From positions 67,272,001-67,336,000 of the forward strand of contig CM059438.1 in the NCBI GenBank assembly GCA_030390025.1: 64,000 nt of DNA, in the 5' to 3' direction. Every line of letters begins with the position of its first letter. Position 1 is the first letter of the stretch. Made by a program: the position numbers and the translations under genes. Shown piece after piece: positions 36,091-45,649 of this stretch. Under the pieces are notes generated by a model, which had not been told where the DNA came from, did not search any database, and was given only the letters and a program-made list of their open reading frames with translations. The stretch comes from Squalus acanthias. Its lineage: Eukaryota.

Positions 36091-36965
36091 TGGGTATAGT
36101 TTTACGCATGCCGGTTTTGGGCGACACAGCAAAGCCCACCCCGGTGTATCGGGTAGAGAACATTGGTGTCATTCAGGGGGGAGCCCACATTCGTTATGCA
36201 GCGGTTCCACCTTACGTCATCCGCTGGGAGCAAACGATGACAGGTACAGATCTCTCTGGTTGTCGTGGCAGGGGAGCACACATAATACTGTGCCCCCAGC
36301 ACTTGAATGCCTTTTTAACACCACAGTGCGGGTTCAGAACGACTGGCGCCAAGTCCATGAATTGTACCATGGAGGCAATGGCACAAGATCATGTGCCTCC
36401 GCAGGTAGCATACATCGGGGGTGGAACATATTGTGTTACCACTGCAGCGCAACACTACCAGCATGGAAACCGTAGCCGGTGTCCGGTGAGTGACAGCAGT
36501 TTCTGTTTTAAACCCAGGGCGGAAGTTCAAGTAGCACAACAGCGAATTATCCCAATCCCTGAACCATCCACTGTTCATCTCACAGTAAAAGAGAATTTCA
36601 CCGACTTGCAACGATTCGTCGCGCATTTCGGATACCTCATTCCCCCTCTCCCTGAACACCTCATCAAGCTTTTAAAAGCCGTCGCGGTGTCACAGAAACA
36701 TTTTTATACATTAGAGCAGAAAACTGTCGAAATAGGAACAGACATTCTGGATATAGTAATTCCACCGTGGTGGAATCTGTTCACCAATATTGAAGTGCCT
36801 TCATGGATCAGAATAGCCTCCCACATTTTAGTCGTATGTCAAGTGTTTATTGTAGTGTACCTATTGGTCGTACATTGTAAAAGAGACAAACGCCTCACCA
36901 AGCATGAAAACACGGGAGAGTGGCGAGAACGTTACGTGCGCGTGCACGATGAAAGCACCGTGTAA
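36091..36965 (+). pseudogene. env: Provirus A env, 3' part (Cys-rich region, TM helix, cytoplasmic tail)
   Basis: Continues the B env sequence in register; TM ILVVCQVFIVVYLLVV; ends ESTV. Confidence 0.9.
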
Positions 36966-37406
36966 TCGGAAAATGGCGTCATTCCCGCTCGCCACGTGCG
37001 CCGCGGAAGTTTGTACTCGATCATGATTTTCAAAGATTGTAAATACGTTTGGGAACTCGACATGTGTTAAGAGTTGGTGTTGATTATTTTTGGTGATGGT
37101 GTTGTAGTTAAAAATGATTGTTTGGTTTTGGGTTTTGTTTTTCCTTTCCCTGAATAAAAGATGAATATACAGGTGATACGAGAGGCATCGGCCTGGTTAC
37201 GCCGGGAAGGAAAACAAGTGGTGTAAGTTTAAGGGCAAATAAAGGCCCACGGTGATATAAAATGTAATTTTCTTGGGAAATAAGGACGACACAGAGACCC
37301 TAGCTAGGTTAAAGTTATGGGATTAATTTGCTGGATTCGGAGAGAAATCGAGATAATATTGCTCACCACTATGATTTTTGATACGATAAGCGGAGTTATT
37401 CGCATC

Positions 37407-37418
37407 AACAGGAGGGAC
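37407..37418 (+). promoter_or_regulatory. Polypurine tract of provirus A
   Basis: AACAGGAGGGAC immediately before the 3' LTR; B has AACAGGAGGGTC at 39606-39617 on the minus strand. Confidence 0.7.
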
Positions 37419-39053
37419 TGTAGAATTCGCAATATATCGCGATTTTATTAATAAGGAGAAAACACAGAGTCTCGTTCAAACAGCTTTTATTTCAGCAGAA
37501 TGCTGTCAGGTTTCTCAAAGTGGACACAAGCAGCCTGTAAAATGGCCGCCGCACCTCGTGACAGAACATTCTAGACTTTTCGACAGGCAGACAAGATGGC
37601 GTTCCAATAAACATTTGTGCAAGATCGATTAAGATTCAGCACAGTGAAGATAATACACGAGACATTATGGGTTTGCAGTATACACATAAATACTGAAATC
37701 GGTCTCCCAGGTACGAATGAAAGCTATTGTACCGAGTAATCAAGGGCCCATCCAAAAGACATTAATATGTAAAATCCCAACGACTCTACGATGAGAGAGC
37801 CGTTAGCAGGTAGTTATACAAAACAATTGGAAGCCCCAAGACCCCTCCAGGGAGAACACCGACCGATTTAACAATGGGAGAAATATTAACAGGTACTCAG
37901 ACAGTTACGAGTAGCCCCGAAACCCATTAAGAACGGAGATCACCCATACAAGACATTTGAGCGCCAAACCCAAACAAAAGAAAGGACATTAAGGTTGGGC
38001 GGGAAACGGAAGATTTTGTACTATAATTACAAGCTCCAACCGTCCATTTTTCTCTTATTCTCTTATCCGATCGACTCGTAACCTCGTGGCTGCTCCTGTG
38101 TTTTGACTCGTAGTCTTGTGCCTGCTTGCCTGGTGCCTCTTTGAAAAAGACTGTTGAACTTTCTGATCCGTTCGGATCTACCTCGTGTCGCGTAACGAAG
38201 ACCTATGTTGGTAACTGGCATCGGAACCAAAGGCCCGAGATGAGATGAGATGAGATGAGATGAGAAGAGAGGAAGACCATACTCATCGCCACGGTCAGTA
38301 AATCCCGACCGTGCCTGTAGGTCGAACAGCCAAGTTTTCCTTGCCAGGAAGACTTCTTTGAACTTGCAAGAACGGATCATCAAAGATGATATTGACTGGG
38401 CTGTATTCGGAAAGTACCTGTTAAACCAACCAACACAGATCTTCATCACAGCAGACGGTCCAGCCTGCTAGCCGGAGCAGAAGCAAGTAAACAAGTGGGA
38501 CCAGGAGACCTCCTGATTGACACGTGGGTGCTGCGGTGAAAAACATCCGATCAGCTATTCGGAATTTCTCCGAGTTATCACGAGTGGTGAGCATGAGTCT
38601 CGAAATCCTACGAATCTAGCTAGGACAGATATTGATAGGGGAGGGTTTAAGTATTAAGGATACTTGTAATGTGTGCCCCTATTTACGGTGTGTCGTTCGT
38701 TCCTCATTTCCCTAGGATCAGCTATATAACTGCTTGTAAGATTGTACTGTCATTAATCTGTGCTTATGACATGTATTTCGTAATCTTAAATATCATGCAA
38801 TAAAGATTTTCCATTTCGTACCATTCAACCGAGTCTACATGAGTTTCATCTCCATTACTGCTCTCGCATCTAAGTCCAGTGTCTAGAACCGTAAGGGCGA
38901 GTGATTCGAACCACTCACAGGTGTGTCTAGTGCTCCCAGACTGGCTGGAGACCAGAACAGGCAACAAGGCCTAAACCCGCACTGACATACAGGCTGCACA
39001 GAGCCGCGTGAATCTCACAGGCTGCGAGACACGCAGGGTCAGAATCCCTTACA
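37419..39053 (+). repeat. Provirus A 3' LTR (1635 bp)
   Basis: Differs from the 5' LTR by about 7 substitutions and one TGAGA unit (manual count). Confidence 0.95.
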
Positions 39054-39057
39054 AGGG

Positions 39058-39605
39058 TTTTGGCGCCCAAACTTCTTGTATAGGGTGATCTCCGTTTAAT
39101 GGGTTTCGGTGATACTCGTAACTGCCTGAGTACCTGTTAATACTTTTCCCATTGTGTAACCGGTCTGTATTCTCCCTGGAGGGGTTTTGGGGCTTCCAAA
39201 TGTTTCTGTAACTACCCGCAAACGGCTCTCTCATCGTAGAGTCGTGGGGATTTTGCATGTTAATGTCTTTGGATGGGTTCTTGATCGCTCGGTACAATAG
39301 CCCTTATTCGCACCTGGGAGACCGATTCCAGTATTTATGTGTAAAATGCAAACCCATTATGTCTTGTGATTTATCTCAAATGTGCTGAGTCTTGTCCGAT
39401 CTCGCACAAATGTTTATTGGAACGCCATCTTGTCTGCTTATCGAAAAGTCTAGAATGTTCTGCCACGAGGCATGGCGGCCATTTTACAGGCTGCTTGTGT
39501 CCACTTTGAAAAACCTGACAGCATTCTGCTGAAATAAAGCTGTTTGAACGAAACTATGTGTTTCCTCCTTATTTATAAAATCGTGATTATATTGCGAATG
39601 CTACA
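39058..39605 (-). repeat. Provirus B 3' LTR, proximal part
   Basis: Near-identical to 46768-47315; joins 22438 across the AGGG TSD. Confidence 0.93.
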
Positions 39606-40060
39606 GACCCTCCTGTTGATGCGAATAACTCCGCTTATCGTATCAAAAAAATTGTGGTGAGCAATATTATCTCGATTTCTCCAGATCCAGAAAAATCCCC
39701 ATAACTTAAACTATCTAGGGTCTTTGCGTCGTCCTTATTTCCCAGGAAAATTACATTCTTATAACACCGCAGGCAGCATTTGCCTTTAAAACTTACACCA
39801 CTTGTTTTCCTTCCAGGCGTAACCAGGCCGCTGCCTCTCGTACCACCTGTATATTCACATTTTTTATTCAGGGAAAAGAAAAAAGAAAAACAAAACAAAA
39901 CCAAACAATCATATTCAACAACAACACCATCACCAAAATAATCAAAACCAACTCTTAAACATGTCGAGTTCCAAACGTAATTACAGTCTCTGAAAAATCA
40001 CGATCAATTACAACGCTTCCGAGGCGCACGTGGCAAACGGGAGTGACGCCATTTGTCGGA

Positions 40061-42412
40061 TTACACGGTGCTTTCATCGTGCACGCGCACGTAACGTTCT
40101 CGCCACTCTCCCATGTTTTCATTCTTGGTGAGGCGTTTGCCTCTCTTACAATGCACGACCAATAAGTATATCACAATAAACACTTGGCATACAACTAAAA
40201 TGTGGGAGGCTATCCTAATCCAGGAAGGCTCTTCAATGTTGGTGAACAGATTCCACCACGGTGGAATTACTATGTCCAGAATTTCTGTCCCTATCTCGAC
40301 AGTCTTCTGTTCTAGGGTGTAAAAATGTTTTTGCGATACCGCGACGGCTTTTAAAAGCTTGGTGAGGTGTTCAGGGAGAGGGGGAATGAGGTATCCGAAA
40401 TGCGCGACGAATCGCTGCAGGTCGGTGAAGTTCTCTTTTACGGTAAGATGAACCGTGGATGGTTCAGGGATTGGGACAATTCGCTGTTGTGCTACTTGAA
40501 CTTCCGCCCTGGGTTTGAAACAGAAACTGCTGTCACTCACCGGACACCGGCTACGGTTTCCATGCTGGTAGTGTTGCGCTGCAGTGGTAACACAATATGT
40601 TCCACCCCCGATGTATGCTACCTGCGGAGGCACATGATCTTGTGCCATTGCCTCCATGGTGCAATTCATGGGCTTGGCACCAGCCGTTCTGAACCCGCAC
40701 TGTGGTGTTAAAAAGGCATTCAAGTGCTGGGGACTCAGTATTATGTGTGCTCCCCTGCCACGACAACCAGAGAGATCTGTACCTGTCATCGTTTGCTCCC
40801 AGCGGATGTCGTAAGGTGGAACCGCTGCATAGCGAATGTGGGCTCCCCCCTGAATGACACCAATGTTCTCTACCCGATACACCGGGGCGGGCTTTGCTGT
40901 GTCGCCCAAAACCGGCATACGTAATACTATACCCATGATAGTATGGTTTGATCGTCCGCAGTCCACGGGGACTGGGTATGCTTCTGAAGCTAGCCTGAGC
41001 TGGCACGGGCTTAATGCGTTCTGAAAAGGGTGGAGCGCCCGCAGGTGTTTGTTACTTATCCAGGACGGGACCAAACCTTGTTTTAAATCCTCCAAATTAC
41101 TGCGGCCCTCGCCCAGTAACCACGCCCCGTAAAGCACGCACACCTCATTCTGCGCAGCTTGATCGGACGCATTCCGATCTTCCCTAATCAGGGCATTTAC
41201 CGTTCTCGCGTGTTTCTCTAGTTCAGCTATTATTTCTTTTAAATGGAGAGTCATGGCTTGGTCCTCGTGTAACCCAGACCCAACCACCTTATTTTCATCT
41301 GTGAGAATGTCCTTTAATTGCGTTTTTAAGCCATTAATCTGGGTCTGCAGCTCCACGCTGTCTAGAGCGTTGACCACAGATGTACCTGTGTTAAAAGCAG
41401 TGAACATGTCGTTCACAACACCCCTTCTTTGCCTCCCCACCTGATCCAAAACTTCATGTGGTGCGGTGTACAAACTTGTTTTATCAATTTCCGAGTAATC
41501 GAATTCGTAAAATTGTCTGAACATCTTGGTCAACAGGACCTGATATAACTGTTCCGTCTTTTTGGGGCACCACTCTGGTAACCGCACCTCGGTGAGATTT
41601 AAAATCACCGAGGCCACCGCGTAATGTACCCCCTGAAATCGTATCTGGTCTGTGGGGACCAGTACCAAACCATTCCCGGGTCCCTTACTAGTTTTAGGGC
41701 ACCCTTCTTCCTTAGCTAGAACCACCGGAATTGTGGGCGGGGCTTTGCGTGGGCGCGTTATGAGTTCAGTGGCATTTACCGGGATCGGGGAGTATGGGGC
41801 TCCGCACCCCCTGGTGCTCGCATCCCACCTCATCCCCTGTCCGTTATCCTGCCATTGATTGATGAAAAATATGGAGATCCCTTTGGGGCAAACGTGCTTT
41901 GACCCCCACATACATACATAAATTCCCTCATCCGGTTCCCACCATTTGTCCCAACAGACTCTCACTTGTCCGTTTGTCCCCGTAATTGTCCGATGGGTAT
42001 TATTACCCAGTCGCTCCCACTCGACCGAAGAGTTCCTCATAGTTTTGCTCAGCTTTCGTAGCCACCACCATCGGCTCAATGGGACATTCCCATTACAAGT
42101 CAAACAAATCCGTTTGCCGACGGTGACGCTGATCCTGGGTGCGATGATCCTTACTTTGGGGCACAGTAAAGAAGTCTCTTGGTAGGCAAAACCCGATGTG
42201 CTGGAATACTCAGTTGAGTTCGTTCCCAGCCATCCTGGCCACCTTCCCTTGTGGAAATAGGTGGTGGTCTCCTCAGCCTCTCGTCTTCCGGTCCCATCCA
42301 CCGCAATGGGGGCCGTGTCCCCGGAGCATCCAAACACCACGACATCCTTGGTGTGGCCTCGATAGGCCAATCCACATCTGATTGCCGCGAGCAATACTAG
42401 AATTCGTTCCAT
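40061..42412 (-). CDS. env: Provirus B env, intact 783 aa, class I fusion protein-like with Ig-like domain
   Basis: Signal peptide MERILVLLAAI, DEGIYVC, RQRR/GVVND cleavage site, heptad repeat, C-terminal TM helix. Confidence 0.9.
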   Translation of the reverse strand: MERILVLLAAIRCGLAYRGHTKDVVVFGCSGDTAPIAVDGTGRREAEETTTYFHKGRWPGWLGTNSTEYSSTSGFAYQETSLLCPKVRIIAPRISVTVGKRICLTCNGNVPLSRWWWLRKLSKTMRNSSVEWERLGNNTHRTITGTNGQVRVCWDKWWEPDEGIYVCMWGSKHVCPKGISIFFINQWQDNGQGMRWDASTRGCGAPYSPIPVNATELITRPRKAPPTIPVVLAKEEGCPKTSKGPGNGLVLVPTDQIRFQGVHYAVASVILNLTEVRLPEWCPKKTEQLYQVLLTKMFRQFYEFDYSEIDKTSLYTAPHEVLDQVGRQRRGVVNDMFTAFNTGTSVVNALDSVELQTQINGLKTQLKDILTDENKVVGSGLHEDQAMTLHLKEIIAELEKHARTVNALIREDRNASDQAAQNEVCVLYGAWLLGEGRSNLEDLKQGLVPSWISNKHLRALHPFQNALSPCQLRLASEAYPVPVDCGRSNHTIMGIVLRMPVLGDTAKPAPVYRVENIGVIQGGAHIRYAAVPPYDIRWEQTMTGTDLSGCRGRGAHIILSPQHLNAFLTPQCGFRTAGAKPMNCTMEAMAQDHVPPQVAYIGGGTYCVTTAAQHYQHGNRSRCPVSDSSFCFKPRAEVQVAQQRIVPIPEPSTVHLTVKENFTDLQRFVAHFGYLIPPLPEHLTKLLKAVAVSQKHFYTLEQKTVEIGTEILDIVIPPWWNLFTNIEEPSWIRIASHILVVCQVFIVIYLLVVHCKRGKRLTKNENMGEWRERYVRVHDESTV

Positions 42413-42720
42413 CCTTCCTTGGTTCCTGTGATCAGATAGAATGAGGTAGCCAGCCTCGCAAGAGTCTCTGGCTTTTGTGAAGGGTGAGCGGGTCCCCTGA
42501 CCTCGCCTCACGTAAGAAGACATGTGCGCTGGATAAACTTTAACTATTCCTATCTCTAAAACTCCCATCATTTTACTTCTTTCTATTAAACAAAATTAAA
42601 CTACCGACTTAAACCGATTTAAAACTATAACCTTATAACCTCATCTAAACTATAAACTTATACTTAAACTTATCCTAAACTTATCACTGTACAGCGCCGC
42701 CCGTTCCCAGGGCGGCCTAC

Positions 42721-43467
42721 TTAAATTCTGAAAAGGCTGCCACGAGCTTTTCCCGACGGTGGGAGGGCATTGACCCCTCCCTTTGATCTGCCGCAGCCTG
42801 TTGCTGCTGCGCTGGGACTGGACTCTCCCTGGGCTGCCTTAGCCTTGAGCCTACGCCTTGGGACACTCTGGGGACTTGACCATATCTTCCTGGGCTGGGG
42901 TATCCGACTTGACCTACGGAGAGTTACCGGGGGCAGGAACTCCAGGACCGACGGACCGGGTTCCGAGACTTCCACCGTGGCGACCTGTGGTCCCACCACA
43001 GTCGCTGGCTCCGCCTCCCCTGACTCCGCCTCCCTGAACTCGGGATCTGCAGCTTGTGGCACCGCCCTACTTGGCCCAGTAGGCGGCCCTTCACTCGCAG
43101 TCCCTACCTCCCTCGAGGGCAAGACGTTCAAGGCGGGCGGCTCGGGCTCTGAGGCTTCCATCGCCACGCCCTGTGGTCCCACCACAGCGGCTGGCTCCGC
43201 CTCCCCTAGCTCCTCCCCCCTGCGTTCGGGACCTGCAGCTTCGGCCTCCACCCTGTGTGGATCTCTATCTGCAGCCCCTGTCTCCCCTATACCTGAATCG
43301 GGGGCGACCCTTTCGTCCTCCGATTCCAGCTCCTCCTCGCTTGTGTCACTATCTTCGTCGAGCTCCTCGAGCTCTTCCTCATCTGTCTCCCAACCCCAAT
43401 AAAATATCTCACATTTTTCTAGGATGTCCTCTCCCCTGATGCAAGCTGCTTTGCCTGCCTGTGTGCC
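42721..43467 (-). CDS. Provirus B acidic Pro-rich ORF
   Basis: Open from directly after the TAG at 43468 (GTQAGKAACIRGEDIL...WGWETDEEELEE) to 42721; homologous to 29620-30419. Confidence 0.55.
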   Translation of the reverse strand, partial: GTQAGKAACIRGEDILEKCEIFYWGWETDEEELEELDEDSDTSEEELESEDERVAPDSGIGETGAADRDPHRVEAEAAGPERRGEELGEAEPAAVVGPQGVAMEASEPEPPALNVLPSREVGTASEGPPTGPSRAVPQAADPEFREAESGEAEPATVVGPQVATVEVSEPGPSVLEFLPPVTLRRSSRIPQPRKIWSSPQSVPRRRLKAKAAQGESSPSAAATGCGRSKGGVNALPPSGKARGSLFRI

Positions 43468-43839
43468 CTATGGTCCTACCTGGGGCTGCGAGTCCCCACT
43501 CGCAGGTTTGGCCCCTGTGGTTGGCCCTTGTGCACCTGGCTTATACAGTTTGCACTGATTAAAATCCTCATTCTCCCTGCTTCTGGCTACCCTGTAGGCT
43601 GTTTTTATTTCTCTAAGCTGTGCTTCTAGCATGAGCACGTCTAACTTTCCCATTAAGCGGGCGTTCTCCTCCCGCAGGGCCTGCTCTCTAAGCTGCCCTT
43701 CCAGCCCATCTATTTTCCGTATTAAGCGGGCGTTCTCCTCCCGCAAGGCCTGCTCTTTTAACCTGGCCTCCTCACCGGAGACCCCCTCCTGTGTGTGTCT
43801 TTTAAAAGGACACAGGTAGGCAGGCTGCATGGGCTCTAG
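43468..43839 (-). CDS. Chimeric ORF replacing pol: pol leader + duplicated coiled coil + integrase tail
   Basis: In frame after gag TGA-CTAG: LEPMQPAYLCP, EQALREENARL twice, NQCKLYKPGAQG. Confidence 0.7.
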   Translation of the reverse strand, partial: LEPMQPAYLCPFKRHTQEGVSGEEARLKEQALREENARLIRKIDGLEGQLREQALREENARLMGKLDVLMLEAQLREIKTAYRVARSRENEDFNQCKLYKPGAQGPTTGAKPASGDSQPQVGP

Positions 43840-45645
43840 TCATTGGGTACCGGTGGACGGGGCTGCGGCATCTGCGGGGCCGGTAGCAACTGCCACCCTT
43901 CCATGCGAAATCATGAGGGTGCGCATGGCTCCCAACACTGATTCGATCGCATCGGGATGGATAGGTGCACTACCTCCCCTATCGGAGACAGGCACCTGGG
44001 CTCGGACTGCGGGATTTTTATCCCTGGAATCCTTCCAAGGGTTCCTGCAGTTCTTGCGCCAATGCCCTGTCTTCCCACACCCGTAACAAGCATTACTGGC
44101 CTGCGGGGCGCGGTTACCCTCCTGATGCCACTCCTTTTGAGCCGGGGCTGCGGGTCGTGCCTCATGCACCTTTCCCTTAAGGGGACGTGCTCCCATACCC
44201 CTGGTATTACGGTACCCTACCGTGAGTCGATTTAGGACCGACTCCTCTGTAGTGGCGGGGTTAGTGGGATCAAACCACGCTTTTGCCTGCTCCCTGACGG
44301 CTGGCAAACTGTTGGCTACTATACACCTGAGCCAATGAGTTAGACTGGCACCGTTTAAATAGGCGCGCTCTGGCGCACCTGGGCAGCTACGCTGGTATAC
44401 TGGCCACAGCCTGTCGGCGAAAACCTTCGGGGGTTCTCCCTCCATCTGTACTGTTTGTCCCAGTCTAACGAACGGACCTTCATCGTCCATTCCCAACACT
44501 TCTAGGACCTCATCTCTTAGCTCCCCATAGGTATTAGTTCCCCTCTTGCTCTCGTCTGAGAGACACTGAAGGATCGAACTATCTAGTGAGAATAACAGCA
44601 TTTTTGCTTTTTCTCCATCGTCGCAGCCGTTAATGGCTGCTTCTTGCTCTACTTCCCTGAAATGTACGGAAGGGTCGTCTGACTCGGCCAGCTTCCGTAC
44701 GTGACTGATCATAACCCTCAGCTGGTGTGAGCTGTGAGGCAACACAAGCTGGTTGAGGAGATCCCCCTCTTCCCCACCTGCCCCGGTCGGGCCCCTTTTG
44801 ATACCCGTGACCGGACACAACGGTCCCGGCTTCACTTCTACCTCAGTGGGCTCTTTCTTTACTTCTACCACTTCCTCCCTCACCCAGGTTGCCGAATAGC
44901 TGGGTGGCGCGGAGGGCATAGTGGCTAATACTTCCTCTGCTTTGTTCGGTGGGGATTTCTGAAATCCCTCTTCCACTAGCGGCTGGTGTGCTGACGGACT
45001 GATAAGGCACACCATGCCGTGCGCTTTGTTCACGGCCCTTTTAAGGTGCTCTATCTCCTTTTGGCAGACGCTGTGATCGGCCCCCTGAAATTTATCCTCG
45101 AGGGCCATCTTATATGCCGCCCTAACCCCCGTTAAGCTCTCTTCCTGGGCTTTTATTTGGGCAGCTAGGCGGGCACATCGTTCCTTTAATCTACCCTCAC
45201 TTAACTTTGCCTCAGTGACCTGGCACTCGAGGTAATCTATTTTTGCTTCATGGTGGTTGGCGACTAACTGGCGTTCTTGATGCAACGCATTTAAAGTCGT
45301 GATGAGCTGCTGCCCCCCCGCGACCTTCTCGTCCATTTCCACCTCTAAACTCTTGATCTGAGCTGCCTGCGCTATGATGACCTGGTCCAAAATTTGGACT
45401 TGTCTTTTATAGCACATCAGCCAGACCACTTTCTCCACTGCCTTTTTATGTTCCTTGCTATCTGTCCATCTCTCGGCTGCCTCTAGTGGACGCTTATCCA
45501 CCAGCAGGTCACTTATCCATTTCTTAGTCAAATTCACTTTTCCAAACACATAATCTGCTATTCTCTCTTCCATGACATTTCGCCCATTCATACCAGGGTC
45601 TAACACATTATTCTCTCGCTGCCAGTGTCCTGCCGCGGTCGCCAT
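43840..45645 (-). CDS. gag: Provirus B Gag, intact 601 aa
   Basis: Colinear with A gag; PSAPPSY and CCHC retained. Confidence 0.92.
   Translation of the reverse strand: MATAAGHWQRENNVLDPGMNGRNVMEERIADYVFGKVNLTKKWISDLLVDKRPLEAAERWTDSKEHKKAVEKVVWLMCYKRQVQILDQVIIAQAAQIKSLEVEMDEKVAGGQQLITTLNALHQERQLVANHHEAKIDYLECQVTEAKLSEGRLKERCARLAAQIKAQEESLTGVRAAYKMALEDKFQGADHSVCQKEIEHLKRAVNKAHGMVCLISPSAHQPLVEEGFQKSPPNKAEEVLATMPSAPPSYSATWVREEVVEVKKEPTEVEVKPGPLCPVTGIKRGPTGAGGEEGDLLNQLVLPHSSHQLRVMISHVRKLAESDDPSVHFREVEQEAAINGCDDGEKAKMLLFSLDSSILQCLSDESKRGTNTYGELRDEVLEVLGMDDEGPFVRLGQTVQMEGEPPKVFADRLWPVYQRSCPGAPERAYLNGASLTHWLRCIVANSLPAVREQAKAWFDPTNPATTEESVLNRLTVGYRNTRGMGARPLKGKVHEARPAAPAQKEWHQEGNRAPQASNACYGCGKTGHWRKNCRNPWKDSRDKNPAVRAQVPVSDRGGSAPIHPDAIESVLGAMRTLMISHGRVAVATGPADAAAPSTGTQ
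45627..45644 (-). promoter_or_regulatory. Provirus B PBS (tRNA-Arg-like)
   Basis: Same 18-mer as A, also 5 nt after the LTR. Confidence 0.82.
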
Positions 45646-45649
45646 TTTC

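Larger units (their letters stand above)
22439..39053 (+). mobile_element. Provirus A: full-length endogenous retrovirus-like element (lokiretrovirus-like)
   Basis: 4-bp TSD AGGG (22435-22438, 39054-39057), TGTA...TACA LTRs, PBS, gag, pol, env, PPT. The lineage label is an inference. Confidence 0.92.

Noticed and set aside
42413..42571. 53-aa N-terminal extension of B env in the ORF track
   Set aside because: The equivalent region in A has an in-frame stop, and the signal peptide begins at MERILV.
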